NCBI GenBank assembly: GCA_039621445.1
Contig: CP154954.1
Span: 13,448,716 to 13,512,715 of the forward strand
Origin: Euglena gracilis
Lineage: Eukaryota
DNA: 64,000 nt
Direction of reading: 5' to 3'
Shown: one piece after another, positions 25,100 through 39,200 of the stretch
How positions within the stretch are numbered: the first letter of the stretch is position 1
How the letters are laid out: each line of letters begins with the position of its first letter
Notes under the pieces: generated by a model
Seen by the model: only the letters and a program-made list of their open reading frames with translations
What the model was told of the DNA's origin: nothing
Databases searched by the model: none
Position numbers and translations under genes: made by a program

Positions 25100-25664
25100 G
25101 GAGGTTCAAGCTCAAACCTCCTCCAACGTTTTTAATTCCCCCCCTCGAACATGCCTCGAACGTGCCTCGAACGCATTCAAAGAAGCTATCAAGCCTCCTT
25201 GAACGTGCTTGGAACGCGTTCGAGAAGGCTCCACCTACGTACATGCACAGAGGTGTCTTCAGGCTCTTTGTGAAAAGTTGCCTACACGGAGGCCTTGCAC
25301 AACAAATTGGAGATGCACGCACAGGATGTATGCAACTTAAAGGATATTGCTTTTTTGACCCTCCGAACAGTTGCGTACAAAACGACATGGGCACCAAACG
25401 GGAGTTGCACACACAGGCATATGCAACATAAGAGATTTTGTCATTTTGGAGTCCTCCCAATATTTGTTTACAAAAGAACATGGCAACAAAGCGAGTTTTC
25501 ATGCAAGTAATTAGTTGGAAATTTCTCTTCAGCCAAATCATGTTCGAGGCACGTTCAGGAGACCCTTGAGCCTCCTCGAGAGTGCCTCGAATGTGTTCGA
25601 GGATATTTTCGAGGAGGCTGAACTGTGCCTTGAACGCGTCTGAGGAGGCTCGAGAGCCTCCTCC
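25100..25664. mobile_element. hAT-like MITE (8-bp TSD TACCGTAA)
   Basis: TACCGTAA at 25092-25099 and 25665-25672. Imperfect GGAGG..CCTCC termini with subterminal CCTCGAA motifs. Superfamily is inferred from TSD length only. Confidence 0.7.
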
Positions 25665-25849
25665 TACCGTAACCCTGTCGGTTGGCCAGCCCCATCCTGG
25701 TGGGGTGTTTCCCCCCCCCCCTTCGGGCAAAATCTTCTTCCAAGAGGAAAAATCTTAAAAGCATTTTTTTCTTGCAATTTTCAATGGTGGGCGGACCCGG
25801 GTAGGCGTCCTCCCCTCCTCCATCAATGCCTTCACGCACACCAAATTTT

Positions 25850-25931
25850 CACCTGAAGGTGGAGGTGCATTGTGGTGTGGAGCCCAAGGCACCTGAAGGT
25901 GGAGGTGCATTGTGGTGTGGAGCCCAAGGCA
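25850..25931. repeat. 40-bp tandem duplication
   Basis: CACCTGAAGGTGGAGGTGCATTGTGGTGTGGAGCCCAAGG x2. Confidence 0.9.
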
Positions 25932-26135
25932 CAAAATTGCATGGGCGTTGGACCCAGAAGGTTTTTTTGAAGTTTGGTGACCTAGGGCAGGGAGGGGGGG
26001 GGGTGGATGGGTTTGGGCCGAGCACCCCCCCCCCCGGGAGCAGGGATGGATGGGAAGCCCTTCGGTATTGAGGTAGGTGGTAGGGGGGGGGTCCCGACCA
26101 CCCCCCCCCCTGGGGGGGTAAGGTGGTAGGGGGGT

Positions 26136-27948
26136 CGCTGAGCTCTTATGCCTTTATGGGTAAGAGCGAAGCTTACCACCGGCGAAACCCCCCCTTGACC
26201 CCCCCTCCCCCCGCCCCCCCCCCCCCCCGGGTCGGGGCCACCTCGGGAACGGACGGATTATCACCATGATCCCGGCCCGGTTCCCGGAATTTTTTTTCAG
26301 TCGCGAGCGACTGGATTTCTAGTTTCCGAATCACCCGGGTTTGACCCCCAACTCCCCGCCAGGCCCGAGTTATTCACGCGCGAAGGGGTCCAAACTGGGT
26401 AGGATTTACCCGCCCCCCCCCTGGATAAGCCCCCCCCCCCTTGGACTCTGCCATTTCAGCCAAAAAAATGTTAATTTTCAAATATCTCCAAAATGAAGTC
26501 AAGTCAAAGGAAATGTCCGGAGACCTAATTTGAAGCCCTTGGAACGCCCCATCTGCTGGTATTTCGATTTCCCCGCAACTCCCCGCCTGGCCCGAGATAT
26601 GCCCGTTTTCGGCCAACGGGCAATTTTGTACACTTTTCCCACTGTCCGACTTGGCCGTTTTCGGCCAAAATTTGGCCAAAAATCAATATTTTCAAAATTT
26701 CTCCAAAATGAAGCAAAATCAAAGGGAATGTCCGGAGACCTAATTTGAAGCCCTTGGAACACTCCATCTACCAGTATTTTGATTTCCCCGCAACTGTTTG
26801 CGTAGCCCGAGATACGGCCGTTTTTCGGTCGATTTTGGCCATTTTGTACACTTTTTCCACTGGTGGACTTAGCCGTTTTCGGCCAAAAAAAGGCGAAAAA
26901 CATCGAAAAATTTTTTTCCCCAAAACCATGCTTCTTGGCCTCATGATGACCCATGATGCGCATCATGACCCATGATGGCCATCATGACCAATGATGCTCA
27001 TGATGACCCATGATGCCCATCATGACCCATGATGGCCATCATGACCCATGATGGCCATCATGACCCATGATGCCGATCATTACCCATGATGCGCATGATG
27101 ACCCATGATGCCCATCATGACCTATGATGGCCATCATGACCCATGATGGCCATCATGACCCATGATGCCCATCATGACCCATGATGCTCATGATGACCCA
27201 TGATGCCCATCATGACCCATGATGGCCATCATGACCAATGATGCTCATGATGACCCATGATGCCCGTCATGACCAATGATGCTCATGATGACCCATGATG
27301 CCCATCATGACCCATGATGGCCAGCATGACCCATGATGGCCAGCATGACCCATGATGGCCAGCATGACCCATGATGGCCATCATGACCCATGATGCGCAT
27401 GATGACCCATGATGCCCATCATGACCCATGATGGCCAGCATGACCCATGATGGCCAGCATGACCCATGATGCTGCCATCATGACCCATGATGGCCATCAT
27501 GACTATTGATGGGCATCATGACCCATGATGGCCATCATGACCAATGATGGGTCAAAAAAGTCGAAAAAATCGAAATTTTTTTTTGCTCGAAACGATGTTT
27601 TTGGGCCTCCCGAACCCAGAAAAACTGTTTTTGGGCCGAAAATGAGCGTTTTTCGACCGGCCAGCGCCCCATTTTGGGCTGTCAACCCACTCACTTCCGG
27701 TCATTTTTGTCAAAAAAGTCGAAACAATCGGAAAATTTTTTTTCGCTCAAAGCGCTGTTTTTGGGCTATCCAGACCCGGAAAAGGTGTATTTTGAGCCAA
27801 AAATGAGTGTTTCTTCACCCCCCGGCGCCCTGTTTCGGGCACAAATTTCAGTCAACAGAGCTCCATGGAGTGCGCCGGTTTATATGGGAGTGTCAATGAA
27901 GGGGTGGGGGCGCTCTTATTAAGAGCTCAGCACTATTCAAAACCTGGT
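26136..27948 (+). mobile_element. GGT-core family, copy B (~1.8 kb) with internal duplication and minisatellite
   Basis: Same termini as copy A. An internal segment is repeated (~26470-26690 vs ~26685-26890), followed by the minisatellite. Confidence 0.8.
26941..27548. repeat. ~20-bp minisatellite built on the palindrome CATGATGGCCATCATG
   Basis: About 30 variant units of CATGATGGCCATCATGACC(C). Confidence 0.95.
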
Positions 27949-30900
27949 CCCGACAACCCCCCCCCCCTAGATGTTGGGAGGGGGGGTCCGGACCCCCCCA
28001 CCCCCCTCCGTGTCGGGAGGGGGGGTCCGACCCATCCCCCCCCCCCCCCGGAGGGGGTTCGGGCTGAGTGGATTACACCCCCCCCATTTAAGTGCACAGG
28101 GTGCGCACATCATTGGACCCAAGTTTCGGACCAGGGGTGTGACACTTATTTGGGTACTACACGGAAGCAGTTGATTTAAAATGTATTTTTTTTTGGGTGG
28201 TGCGCACTTTTTTGGATTCCACTTTCGGACCCTCGGGGGTGTGACACTTATCTACTTATCTGGGCATCACACATTTTGGGACCGCACACTGGGCACTGGT
28301 ACCGCACACTCAAATGGGGGGTTTTACCCCGCCAAAGACAGGGTTTCCCTCAGTTTTCGGCGCTTTGTGCCAAATTTTTTTTGACACCGTTGACAATTCT
28401 GCTGCACGCAAGAATTTGTCAACAGAACAAACCCGTCTTGTTCTCCTGTACCGAGAACACAGTGCATTGCACAGTGGTGCAATGGTCCACTACTCCAACA
28501 GATTTAACCACACCATCGAATATGTGTAATTTGAGTTGGACCGCCTCATTTTTATTTATTTTCTGGGATTCGGATTGTTACTTCAATTTTGTTCTACGTT
28601 CTGTTTCTGGATAAATTCTCTCTCTGAATTTTTGTTTTTCGAAGTCATGAGTGTGTAACATTGACCCCAGAATGGGTCCCAGATTTTGGCCCCCATTTTG
28701 CCCAAGTATTGTGAGACAGCTGCAAAGGAACGGGTAAGCCAGAGGAGTGCGTGCCAGTTTCATAACCATGGGTGAATTTGCTGCCGTCGGAATATTATTG
28801 TGTGTTCATAGCGGATATATATTCATGTGTAGTTTCCATCAAGGTAAACCCCCCAAATATAAAGCCACCCGGCTTTATATAGGACGATATTTCAATTGGG
28901 GGGGGGCTTTATATTTGGGGGAGATCAAACGTTTTCGGGTGGCCTCTATGACCTCTGGGCTTTCAATTGTAAACACCAATTTTATGCCAAATTTGTTGTG
29001 TACCTCTTGTTTTTCTTTGCAGAAACGTGAAATTCTTATCCAAAATGGAGCATCTCCGGTGAAGAAAAAAAATTACATCCCCCCAAAATTTTTCTATTTT
29101 TTCTTGAATGGCTCCACTCCACGTCAGGGGGGGCTTTATATTTAGGTACCAACCCAGGAAACCTTCCACTTGGGGAGGAGGCATTTCTTGATTTTCTTTT
29201 TCCCCCAACCATCTTTTTTTTTTACCGGCAGAATAAGAGAGAATAAGAGAGTTTTTTGGGAGCGTCTCAGAAACATTTAACGCGAGGTTTCCACAAACTT
29301 GGGAGCTTTCGAAATCCAAACCTTCCATCTCCAAACTGGCCCCAACTCCAGCGGTTCCCCGCTCGGACTTGTTTCTCCCCCAAAGGCCGTCCAGTGGGGT
29401 TCTGTGCTCCTCCACTGCATGTGCACCCCCCCTAATCCCCCCCAATGAGGCATTTGGCCCAGACTTCTCCTTGAACAATTGTCGAGCTCCCACCTTCCCC
29501 AGCAACTGTCCCCCTCCAGCCAGTGTTTTTCCCCCGGCATTCGCCACCTTGCTTCCGGCAAGGGGGGTTTACATTAATAGTGCTTTCTGAGATTTGACAG
29601 TTTCTCAGATACTGCAGGCTTGTTGTTTTCCAGCTGTTCATTTTTTTCTCCATCCCCCCCCCCCCCAAATTTTGACAGAATCAGCCAATTTTGGCAGTTT
29701 TGTTATTTATCCCCCTTGAGTTCTGCTGAAAAAAAAATTATACTCAGAATTTTTTTTGTTTGAACCAGATTTTTCCTTGAGACCACATTTTCCTCATTTT
29801 TTTTCTGCTTGTTTTTTGGGGGGGCAACCCACCAATAGTTTGGAATAGCATGTTCCCAAAACAACAAAATCATGTTTTGGCCCTTTTCATTGGAATGACA
29901 ACTCAAAACATCCATGCATGTTGCAAAATGAAAAGAATTGAGGGCTGATTTTTCCAATTCCTCTCCAGTTGAAATGAATGCATTCCCGATGCCATTTCCC
30001 GCAATATCCCACAATTTCCACAATTTTTCTGCAATTTTTTTGGCAATATTTTTGAGAACAAAAAAATGCCCCCTTTCCCACTGCAGGAAGGAGGCACATT
30101 TTTGGAGAATTTTTGAATCTTCCCTCTTCAATTTTTTTTATATTTTTCCGGGGTGGCTTCAATTTGAATGTTGCCCTGGTTCCGAGGGTTGCTCAAATTT
30201 GGGGGGGGGTTCAGATGTCCCAGTGTGGAGTAACCTGTCCCTTGGATGACTGGCTGAATTTCACGCTGGGAACTTCTCTTTGGACCATTTGGTCCAAATT
30301 TCAGTTTCCTTCTGGCCTGTCTTGTGAAGAACTTAAGCAACCCTTTGAGCAGTTTGGCTGAAATGGGTTGTTTAAACTTTTGGGGGGGGTATCTTCCCCC
30401 CCCCCCAGGAAACTGCCAACTGACAAGCCAGTGAGAACAACGATGCCAGAAATGATTTTTCTTCACGGCGTTGGCTAGTTGTTGCCGAGATTTTGCAATT
30501 TTGTTTTTGTTCTGGAGAGAATTCTGCCCGTCCGTTAAGGCAGGAAAGCGTTATAAGGCATTTTAAGGCAATTTGGCCAAAAAATTAAGGCGCTTTTAAA
30601 GGTATTTTAAGGTTTTTAAGGCGGCATAAAATTCCTGATGCCTGCTGGCCAACCCCTGAGGATGGTGACTAGTTTTTTTCAGAGTGACTGACTGGTTTTG
30701 GCCCGGACCTCCTCCCCTGGGGGGGGGGGGTCGGCAAAAAACCCGCAAAAGTGACCCACTGCCGAAGACGCTGTAAATTTTTTGCTTTTTTTCCACGTTT
30801 GTCGTCAAATTTCCATTGTATTCCAGAGTGGCCTACCTCCCCCCTGGGGGGTAGGGTAGTGACTGACTGTTTTTCTGGAAAGTGACTGACTGGTTTTTGA

Positions 30901-33900
30901 AATAGTGGAAGTGACGCCCCCCCCCCCCCCCGGGTCGGTAAAACATCGTGTGGCCCCTTCCCCCTAGGTTGGTTGGTGCCATAGTCAGGCAGGGGGGGGG
31001 GGAATCAACCCTCAGGGGTCTTTGGGGTGTGTCACCGGGGGCCAGATAATGCCTTATCTAAGGGTATGTGCCTTGGCCGGACCAGCCAGGGCCTAAAAAA
31101 ACGACCAGGGGGGAGACAGGTGTATTTGTGTGGAAAGGCATCCCAGAGTCCAAGGCACCCCGGTGCCGACATATGCTGGGAACAGCTGCCGGTGGAGCGC
31201 CGTTCCTCATCAAATCCCGTCGTAACCTGTCACTGTGGTTGTTGTTTTGCCCCGACCTGCTCCCGCCTTCTTCGGAAGGGCATCGCTCATGGACTCGCTT
31301 CATGGATCAAGTGCACAGTGCATATACCTTCACCACAAGTGTCTCAATGGTAAAAAAAAAAAGCAATCGGCATCTCTTTCGCAATCTCGCTCGTTTCTTG
31401 TGTTCAAATGTCTGTGTCTGGGTTTTTGATGTCGTAAACCTTGCCTGAAAGAGACAAAAAACAGGGTCAGCTTCAAAACCCCCAGAGACGACAGACAATT
31501 TAATCACCCCCCTCGGTCTGAGCATCTCAAAGCGAACCCCTGGTCCAGTTTTTCGAGGTCATCTTTCTGGAAGTTTTCCGTACATTTTCTGTGCAGATGA
31601 GGAGCAGTTGGAATGCCAAAATTTCATTGTGGCTGGGAGGTATTGCAAAATTGGTGTACCAACTAGCAAACCCCCCCCCCCTCCCCCATTGACACGAGTG
31701 CAGGTACCATTTTTTTCCAGGGAGATATCACAATTGGGTGAATTTTTGGCTGTGCCCCACCCCCCACCCACTGGACCATGTGCTTAGTCGGGTGCCTACC
31801 CCATGGGGGGTGCTAGGGGCAGGCACCCTATAGCACCCCATCCGACCCCCCTCCCTGGGGGGAGGGTTTTGGGGAGGTGCCTGCCCATAGCAGGCACCCC
31901 CCTCCAACCCCGGCGCCAAAGGCGCCAGGGGCCTGGAAAAGGCCATTTTAAATGACAATTTTCTTGGTCCCCCGGACCCCCCCGGGGAGGCAGGCACCCC
32001 CCCCCCCCCGGTCGGTAAGCACAGGCGTGGTCTACTCATGTCCTATTTTGAATACCAGCCGACCAAGGCCCATGCCCGACTGGCCGGCCTCAGGCAGGAG
32101 GAGGTGCGGCCCTTCCTATCCCTATACGTATTGCTCCACCCTCGATGTCCCGCCGTGCGGCCGCGTGCGAAGCCTGTTTTTCCCTATCGATTGGTATGCG
32201 CGGTTTGGGCCAACTCCGCTGGGCCCGAGATATGGTCGTTTTGTGGTTTTGGGCCAGTTTTGCCAGTTTTGCCCATTTCAGGTCTATTCGGGCCAGAAAC
32301 TGTAAATTGGCCATATCTCGGGCTAGACATCTGATTCAATCGAGGCTGATGCAATTCTGCCTGCCGTTATTTGACGGTGATCCTCTGGTGGGACAGCCAA
32401 ATCAGTTTTGAAATGGACAGCGAGCGAAACTATGAAAACACAGGTATTTCGGCGGTTACAAATGTGGGGGTATTTTCCATGAAGCATTGGAAACAGTGGA
32501 AACAGTTGAAACAGAGATGCTTTGGTCCAAACAACAGAATTTTCATTCACCCCCCCCCCCCCGGGCTTGGTGCTGGACGTGGCGGCTTCTTTCCCATTCC
32601 TATATTCCTGAAGGGAATATTGGCCCTGGTTTGGTGAGGAGGGCTGTGGTGTCGATGTGAATGGGGTTCATAAGTTATGGCTTGATGTGTTTGAAAGAGT
32701 TCACAGATGGATCCCCGTTTGTTTTATTAAGGGAATCCTCACAACATACTTTCCTAGATTTCATCTCCATTCATTCCTAATGGTGCAATGGTGTGTCTCC
32801 TCGGAGGCTTTCGCAGCACGTTGCCGACTCTCCACAGCCCGATTCTCCCATCTGAGATGTTGAGATGTGAGGCCAGCGTAGAACATGTGGACCAGAGTTT
32901 GATATCAGTGACATAAGTAGAGAGTCCCGGCTTCAGGTGGGGGGCAGCCACCCCATACCATTTTTTGATGTATTTCTGACCCCACATCATTGATTCACTT
33001 AAGACTCGTGTGACCCACTCCCCGGGGGGATTTCCAGAATTGGTGGGTGGGTTGGAACCGCTGGACCCACCCCCCCTCCGGGTGCACCATCGGGTGTGTG
33101 GGGCATATAGATCCACTTGTGACCCCTTTGGGGGAACTTTTCCCAGGCCAAGCTCACACACTTTTTTTTCTCTCGAAGAAACCCGCCCCCCCCCCCCCCC
33201 ACGACCCCCCCCCCCCCCCCGGGAGTCAATCCACCCACCCACCACCCACCCACCCAAAACCCACCCGAAATATCTGGGATGGTCTCTTCCATGTGACTGA
33301 CTGATTATTGGCCCCCCCCCCTCCGAGGTGGGTTTCGGCCAGGACTGGCCAACAGCGCCCCCCCCCCCCGGCGTCTTTCGGATTTCATTTGACTACGGCC
33401 CAAAGACTATTGATTTTGAGCCATTTTGGCTAACAGTGGAGGACCCTTCCCCCTGGTCGGCGTCGGAAGTGAGCGACTGGTTTTCGAAAGTGAGTTTTTT
33501 TTTGAAAGTGGAAAGTGACCATATGGTATTCCCCCTGACCGAGGGGGAGGGGCGACTCCCCCCACCTGCCTCACATCAAACCCTCATGCCGACCCTTTGG
33601 GCCACCGGGCCCCAGCAGGCCTCCCGGGTCGACCCGGGGCAAGGCCTGCCGGGAAAAGGGGCAGCATCTCCCGTCGTGACTCTTGGCTGCCACCCCGCCT
33701 GGCCGTCAAGAGTTGTCGTGCGCCGGACCACAACGCAAGCATGCCTGCCGGGGTTGATTGTTCCTGAGAGTCATTTCCCAACACCGAGTCATTTAGGGTG
33801 AAGTAAAATGTAAATGTCCCTTGCTCGAATCAGGGACGTCACATTGTATTATTTTTTTTGAAATTGCTTTGCACGATTTCGTTTTTGTTTCAGTTTTCTG

Positions 33901-34309
33901 CGAAGTTAATAAAAATATATGTGCACCTCAAATGTTTCCTCCTGATTGTGGTGCACCCATGGTGCAGCATGGTGCAAACAACCCGGTGTCATTTACCGTG
34001 GTTTGTTTTGCATTTCAAGCAGTGCCGATGGTGTGTTCATGGTAATACGGTTATTGGTGCTCAAGGGTTATAAGTTCAGGCTTAGTGTGCAACCAGAAGG
34101 GGTCCAAAAAATGCTGACCTTGCTGCAAGCGAAGTATATAAGGTACTTTGAGAATTTTTATGATTTTTTTTTGAAATCCAAAAGTTATCACTCGAATTCT
34201 GTCACTTTTTATTCCCTCCTTTTTTCTGTGACTTTTGGCACATTTTGGTTGTTTCTTCATCATTTTCCCCTTTGGGGAGCCCGGGGGAGGGATAAAAAAC
34301 AACGGGGAA

Positions 34310-34462
34310 ATATAATATTATATATTATGTGTGATATATATTATCATGTATATATAGTATATTTCCATTATATATATCATATATATATGTATATATCATA
34401 TATATATATATATATATTATAAATATTAACCAAATAATATATATAAAATTACCATTAATATA
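34310..34462. repeat. AT-rich / (TA)n low-complexity tract
   Basis: Directly visible; a similar tract lies at ~24650-24790. Confidence 0.9.
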
Positions 34463-36412
34463 AATGGGGGTTTAAACCCGTTTGTTCTGGATGGTGGGGC
34501 TGGGACAAGAAAACAAGGATGTTTCCATGGTGTTATGTCTTGCACGAAAGAGCGGAGGGAAAGGTTTTCCAATTTGCATTGGTGTCCGCATCCAGTTGCC
34601 CGAGGTGAGCACCGCAGCTGTAAGTTCATCAACACCCGCTGCCCCGTGTTCCGGTTTAATCTCAGATTCGACAACACTTCCGGACCTTTTCCTGTCCCCC
34701 TCCCCCTCCAAAAGGTGCGGGCAAGCACCTTTGTTGTCCCCAAAAGTCTCTCCTCCCTCCCACAGCCCCAAGTTGCTGCTCATATCGTCAGTATGGCCGT
34801 GATGCTTGCACAGCAACAGCTGTGCAGTTTTGTGTTCGGTGTTGACCATTTTTTGAGGTCCGAAAAGTCAAGTCAAGAAAATGGTCAAAAAAGGAATCAA
34901 ATCAAAGAAATTCGGTCATCAAGAAAAATGCTTCTTCTTCTCTTCCCGGTGCCAATTTTCGCTTCGGGCACCTCGGGCCCGCTGCGGGCTCCACATTTTG
35001 CCCGGGCTCGCCAGCGGTTTGTTGTGCGGATTGTGACCTGCTGGCAAACAGAAAAAGGGAGGAAGGGACCCCTCGGGCTCCGCACTTTGCCCTTGTGAGG
35101 CCATGCCTTGCTCACCGGCGGTGTTGTGTGGATTGTTCTGGTGCGCTTGGTAAGGAGGTCCCGCTTAGTGCCTTTTTTCGCCGGAGTTGGCTGATTCCTA
35201 ATTTGCCCTTCGAAACCCAGAAGACAGGAACTCACCCATTGAGAAAAGAAGAAGACAATCAATCCATTCAAATTATCAAGAAATTCACGCTCGCGCAGAA
35301 CTTCAAATCAAAAGTTGTTGAATTTTTCGAGAGAATTCAATGAAAGATGCAACTTCAAAGAAGCACAGCCCTGGAGTACTTCAAGAGGGAGCAGCAGCAG
35401 CTGCTGGACAACCTGAAGGCGCGGGTCAACTGTGGCGAACCGTGGCTGCCCCTTCCCCAAAAGAAATTTCCCCCACAGAAATTTCCAGGACTCAAACCCT
35501 CCAAAGTGATGGCCACGGACCCTGGCAGACAGTGGTCGGAAGACCCTGAAAGGGGAAGAAAAAACAACCAGCAGGCCACTACGGCCATTGGGGCCAGGGC
35601 CATTGGGGCCAACATTCTGCCAGTTACACCAATACCTTGTTCAAGCTGGGCCATGGCGGCCACAATAGCAAGCTTGGCCATGGCGGCCACAATAGCAAGC
35701 TGGGCCATGGCGGCCAAAACAGCAATGGCCATGGCGGCCGATGGAACAAAGGCCAGGGTGGCCAACAATACCAAGGCCAGGGTGGCCAATTCCACAAACA
35801 GAGGCCCAGTGGCAGGGCCAGGACAGGTCAACAACACCCCCCCCCCAATCATTTCTTCGTCTCAAACCCCATCAGGGGTACAGGATGGGCCCCCAGTGGT
35901 CCCCCAAGATTTTCAATGGGCATGGCACCCAACATCCAAAAGAAGTTAATGGGGACTATCAAAATTTTAAGAGTGGAGCCAACATCAAGAGGGCCAGGGG
36001 GCCAGATTTATCATCAACAACATCAACAATTTCAAGGCCTCTGGGGCCATCAATTATCAGAAGGGGAAAAACCCCAGAAGCTAACAGGCTGTCCCCCAGC
36101 AGGGGGTTTCAATGTACGGTGGCAGCCCCAGGAGGATGCCCCCAAACGGGCAGTGGAGGACAAGGGGGCAACCCCCCCTCAACATTCTCTGTCAATGCAC
36201 ATGGCAGGGGCAAACCTAAACAAGGGGGAGACCCAAAAAGGGGCCCCTATGGTATGTCAATCGACAACACCAATGACATAGTGGAGGATCAGAGAACCTG
36301 TGAGAAGAGCATGCCCCCCCCCCCCAGCCACCTTTAGAGAATGCTCAATCCCCAGGGGCACCAGGGGTGCAATGTCAAACACCTCCCACCCAGCACCCAG
36401 AAAATCAGCTAG

Positions 36413-38330
36413 TTGGGAAAATACATTCCATGGAGGAGAAATGGGGAGACACCCCGCTGTACCAGAGACTTCAAAAAAAGACTAAAATGGTGGACAAAAA
36501 ATGCCCCCCCAGCAACATGTCAATTGATAAAAAAGAATGGAATTCAACCACCCTGGGTGAATCCCCCAAAATTGTCCACCCACCCAAAACCCAGGGCCAA
36601 CCTGGACATGAACCAGGCAGAAAAAATTCTGCTGGATTACGAAAAAACTGGGTCAGTGAAACGAGTTTGGGATTCAGAAACCCAATATTTGATCCCATGG
36701 TTTTTAATTTCAAAACCAGAAGGGGGAACAACCAAATGGAGAATCATCAGCGACTGCAGAGAAAAAAAAAGCAGTTTCAAGTAAAACCTTTCAAGCTGGA
36801 TCATATTTGGAAAAAGGCCACTGGGCAGCAAAAATAGACCGAAAGGATGCCTGTTTTCATATTCCAGTAAGTCCAAGCCTCAGGCAATTTTTAAGGCATC
36901 AGGTAGGTGGGCAGACCTGGGAATTTCAAACAGACTGCTTTGGGCTAAATGTAATGCCCCAAATTTTCATGTCAGTAATGAAAACATTCGAAAAACTGTA
37001 GAGAAAAAGGGGCATCCAGGTGTTTATTTACCTGGACGACATTTTGCTGGTGGCCCCCACCCAAAACAATTTACAAAGTCACCTGAAAACAGCTGTCAAA
37101 GATTTGCTGGATTCTGGGTTCAAAATCAACGTGGACAAGTCTACCCTGCAGCCCACCCAAGTGGTAACCCATCTGGTTTTTCAACTGAACTTCCAGGAAG
37201 AAAAAATACAGGTCCCCCCCCCCCAGAAAGTCAGAACCATAAAAAAGGAGCTGGGAAAAATTGTGAAAAAAGATTCCATGTCAAAAAGGCAATTGGCTGC
37301 CATTTTGAGCCAAATAAGATGCAACCTAATGGCCCTGCCCTTTTTAAGGGCTTTTACGGACACCCTGGCAATTTTTTTGGTGGCAAAGTCCACAGCCCCC
37401 TGGGACTCAAAACACCCCATTTCCCAGGAAATTAAAAGCCCAATTAAGAAAAATAAAAATTCTGCTGGACACCTGGGGGGCAGACCCTTCCCACAAAATG
37501 CAACCAGAGTGTTGCACTCAGACAGCAGCACCCATGCCCTGGGGGGGGGGGGCTAGACATCCACACAGCAGAAACTGTGCAGGAATTTTGGAGAAAAAAC
37601 TCCATTTTGCACATGAATGTAAAGGAGCTCAGTGTAGCAGTCAGCACTGTGAAAAGTTTGAGCAAACCTGGGGAAACCGTTTCCTTGTCAGTGGACAACC
37701 AGGTAATTTACTTTTACCTAACAAAAGGTGGGGGCAGAAAGGACCCCTTCAACAAAATCATGAGACCATTTTTCAAGTGGCGCATTGAGCATCAAGTAAA
37801 CCTCCAAGTCAACTGGGTACCTTCAAAAGAATGCCTAGCAGACCCCATCAGCAGATGGGAAATGGACAGGAGGTATTATTCTTCAGAACCCCAACTTTTT
37901 CAATGGCTCAAACAACAGTTCAAAATTTTCAAAAGTCTGGAAACAGATTTATTTGCCTCCCCAGGCAACAAAAAACTGCCAAATTTTGTGGCCAGGTGGC
38001 CCCACTGGGATGCCACAGCAGTAAATACATTACAATGTGCACTGGACAACATGGGGGATCTTTATGCAAGCCTCCCCTGGTCAATAATTCAACAATTTCT
38101 ACCCAGGTTGAAAATGTTTCCCCAAACCAAAGTTTTGATGGTCACCCCCTACTGGGATCCAGCCACCTGGTGGGCACAATTAATAAAAATGAAAGTTCCA
38201 GGGACCCCCCGCCTGAAAATCACCCCCTACAGGGGCATGTTCACCAACTGCAGGGGGGAGCAAATGCCACCCCCCAGGTGGCCCCTGGTTTGCATGATTT
38301 GCTCCGGAAAATTTTGGAGGGGAAACAAAT
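36413..38330 (+). pseudogene. DIRS RT - RNase H - adenine methyltransferase (frameshifted)
   Basis: PWFLISK..KWRII.DCR; KID.KDACFHIPV; FGLNVMPQIF; YLDD (37029-37040); HSDSS; HMNVKEL; VDNQ; WVPSKECLADPISR; DLFASPGNKKLPNF...YASLPW (degenerate NPPW). Confidence 0.9.
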
Positions 38331-39200
38331 TCAGGTTGAGACCATTATCGATTTTCTGGGGATAAACCCCAGCTTAAAACGTTATCAGAGTGCTTGTGCA
38401 CTTCTGTGGGTTATTTTGGAACTCACGGGCGTGCCCCCCCCCCTCTGAAGCCACCACAGACCAAGTGGCTGACGCTTTAATACAATTATTCCAATTTTCC
38501 AAGGCCCAAGCCCGTAATGCCTACAGTGCTATGCTTTTGATTCCTGGGTTTGGTGGGCTGAGATTCCACACTCTGTTAACCCCCTGCAAGAGGCTTTTGA
38601 ACCAAAACCTGGAGAAGTATGGGGCATTTTGGGACCCCCTCCAAATCCTCCTGGGGCTGGCAAAGGCGCCCATGCCCACTGATATTTGTACATTGTGTAC
38701 ACAACTGATTTTTTGCTCACGAATCCTCTGTTTATACCGATCCTCAGACTTATCGCAAGTCAAACGAACCACCAGTGTGTTGGGTAGGGCACCCTACATC
38801 ACGATTAAGCGTAAAGGACAGAAATTCCATAAGTGGGAAAGGGTTGTGTCCATTCCCTAGTGTCCCCAAATAATCCCATTTCACTTGATGATGTGCTATG
38901 TGGCTGCTACATGTTCAGTCGTCAGACCTGAGGGCCCCCTTCTGATTTCATTAAAACCCCCCTTCAGGGCCATAAGTGCAGACACCATTGCTTCCATCAC
39001 AGAAGACTTTTTGGCCAAACATAGTGTAACCCCCCAGGTGTGGGGGCCCACAACAACAGGGGGGCAGGGGTTGGTTTACTCAAAAACTTGGGCCTTTCTG
39101 CCCAAGCAAGTTTTTGAAATTGGTCAGTTGAGGGAGGTGGAGGCTTTTACAGCCCACTATCAACGACTTGGTGCCCAAGGTGCCCTGGAAAATGCCCTGG
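38320..39200 (+). pseudogene. DIRS tyrosine recombinase (stops/frameshifts)
   Basis: LCLYRSSDL (Arg), a frameshifted HxxR-like motif and terminal F..HY. The homologous copy 3 shows an intact GAHSTRGAG. Confidence 0.82.
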
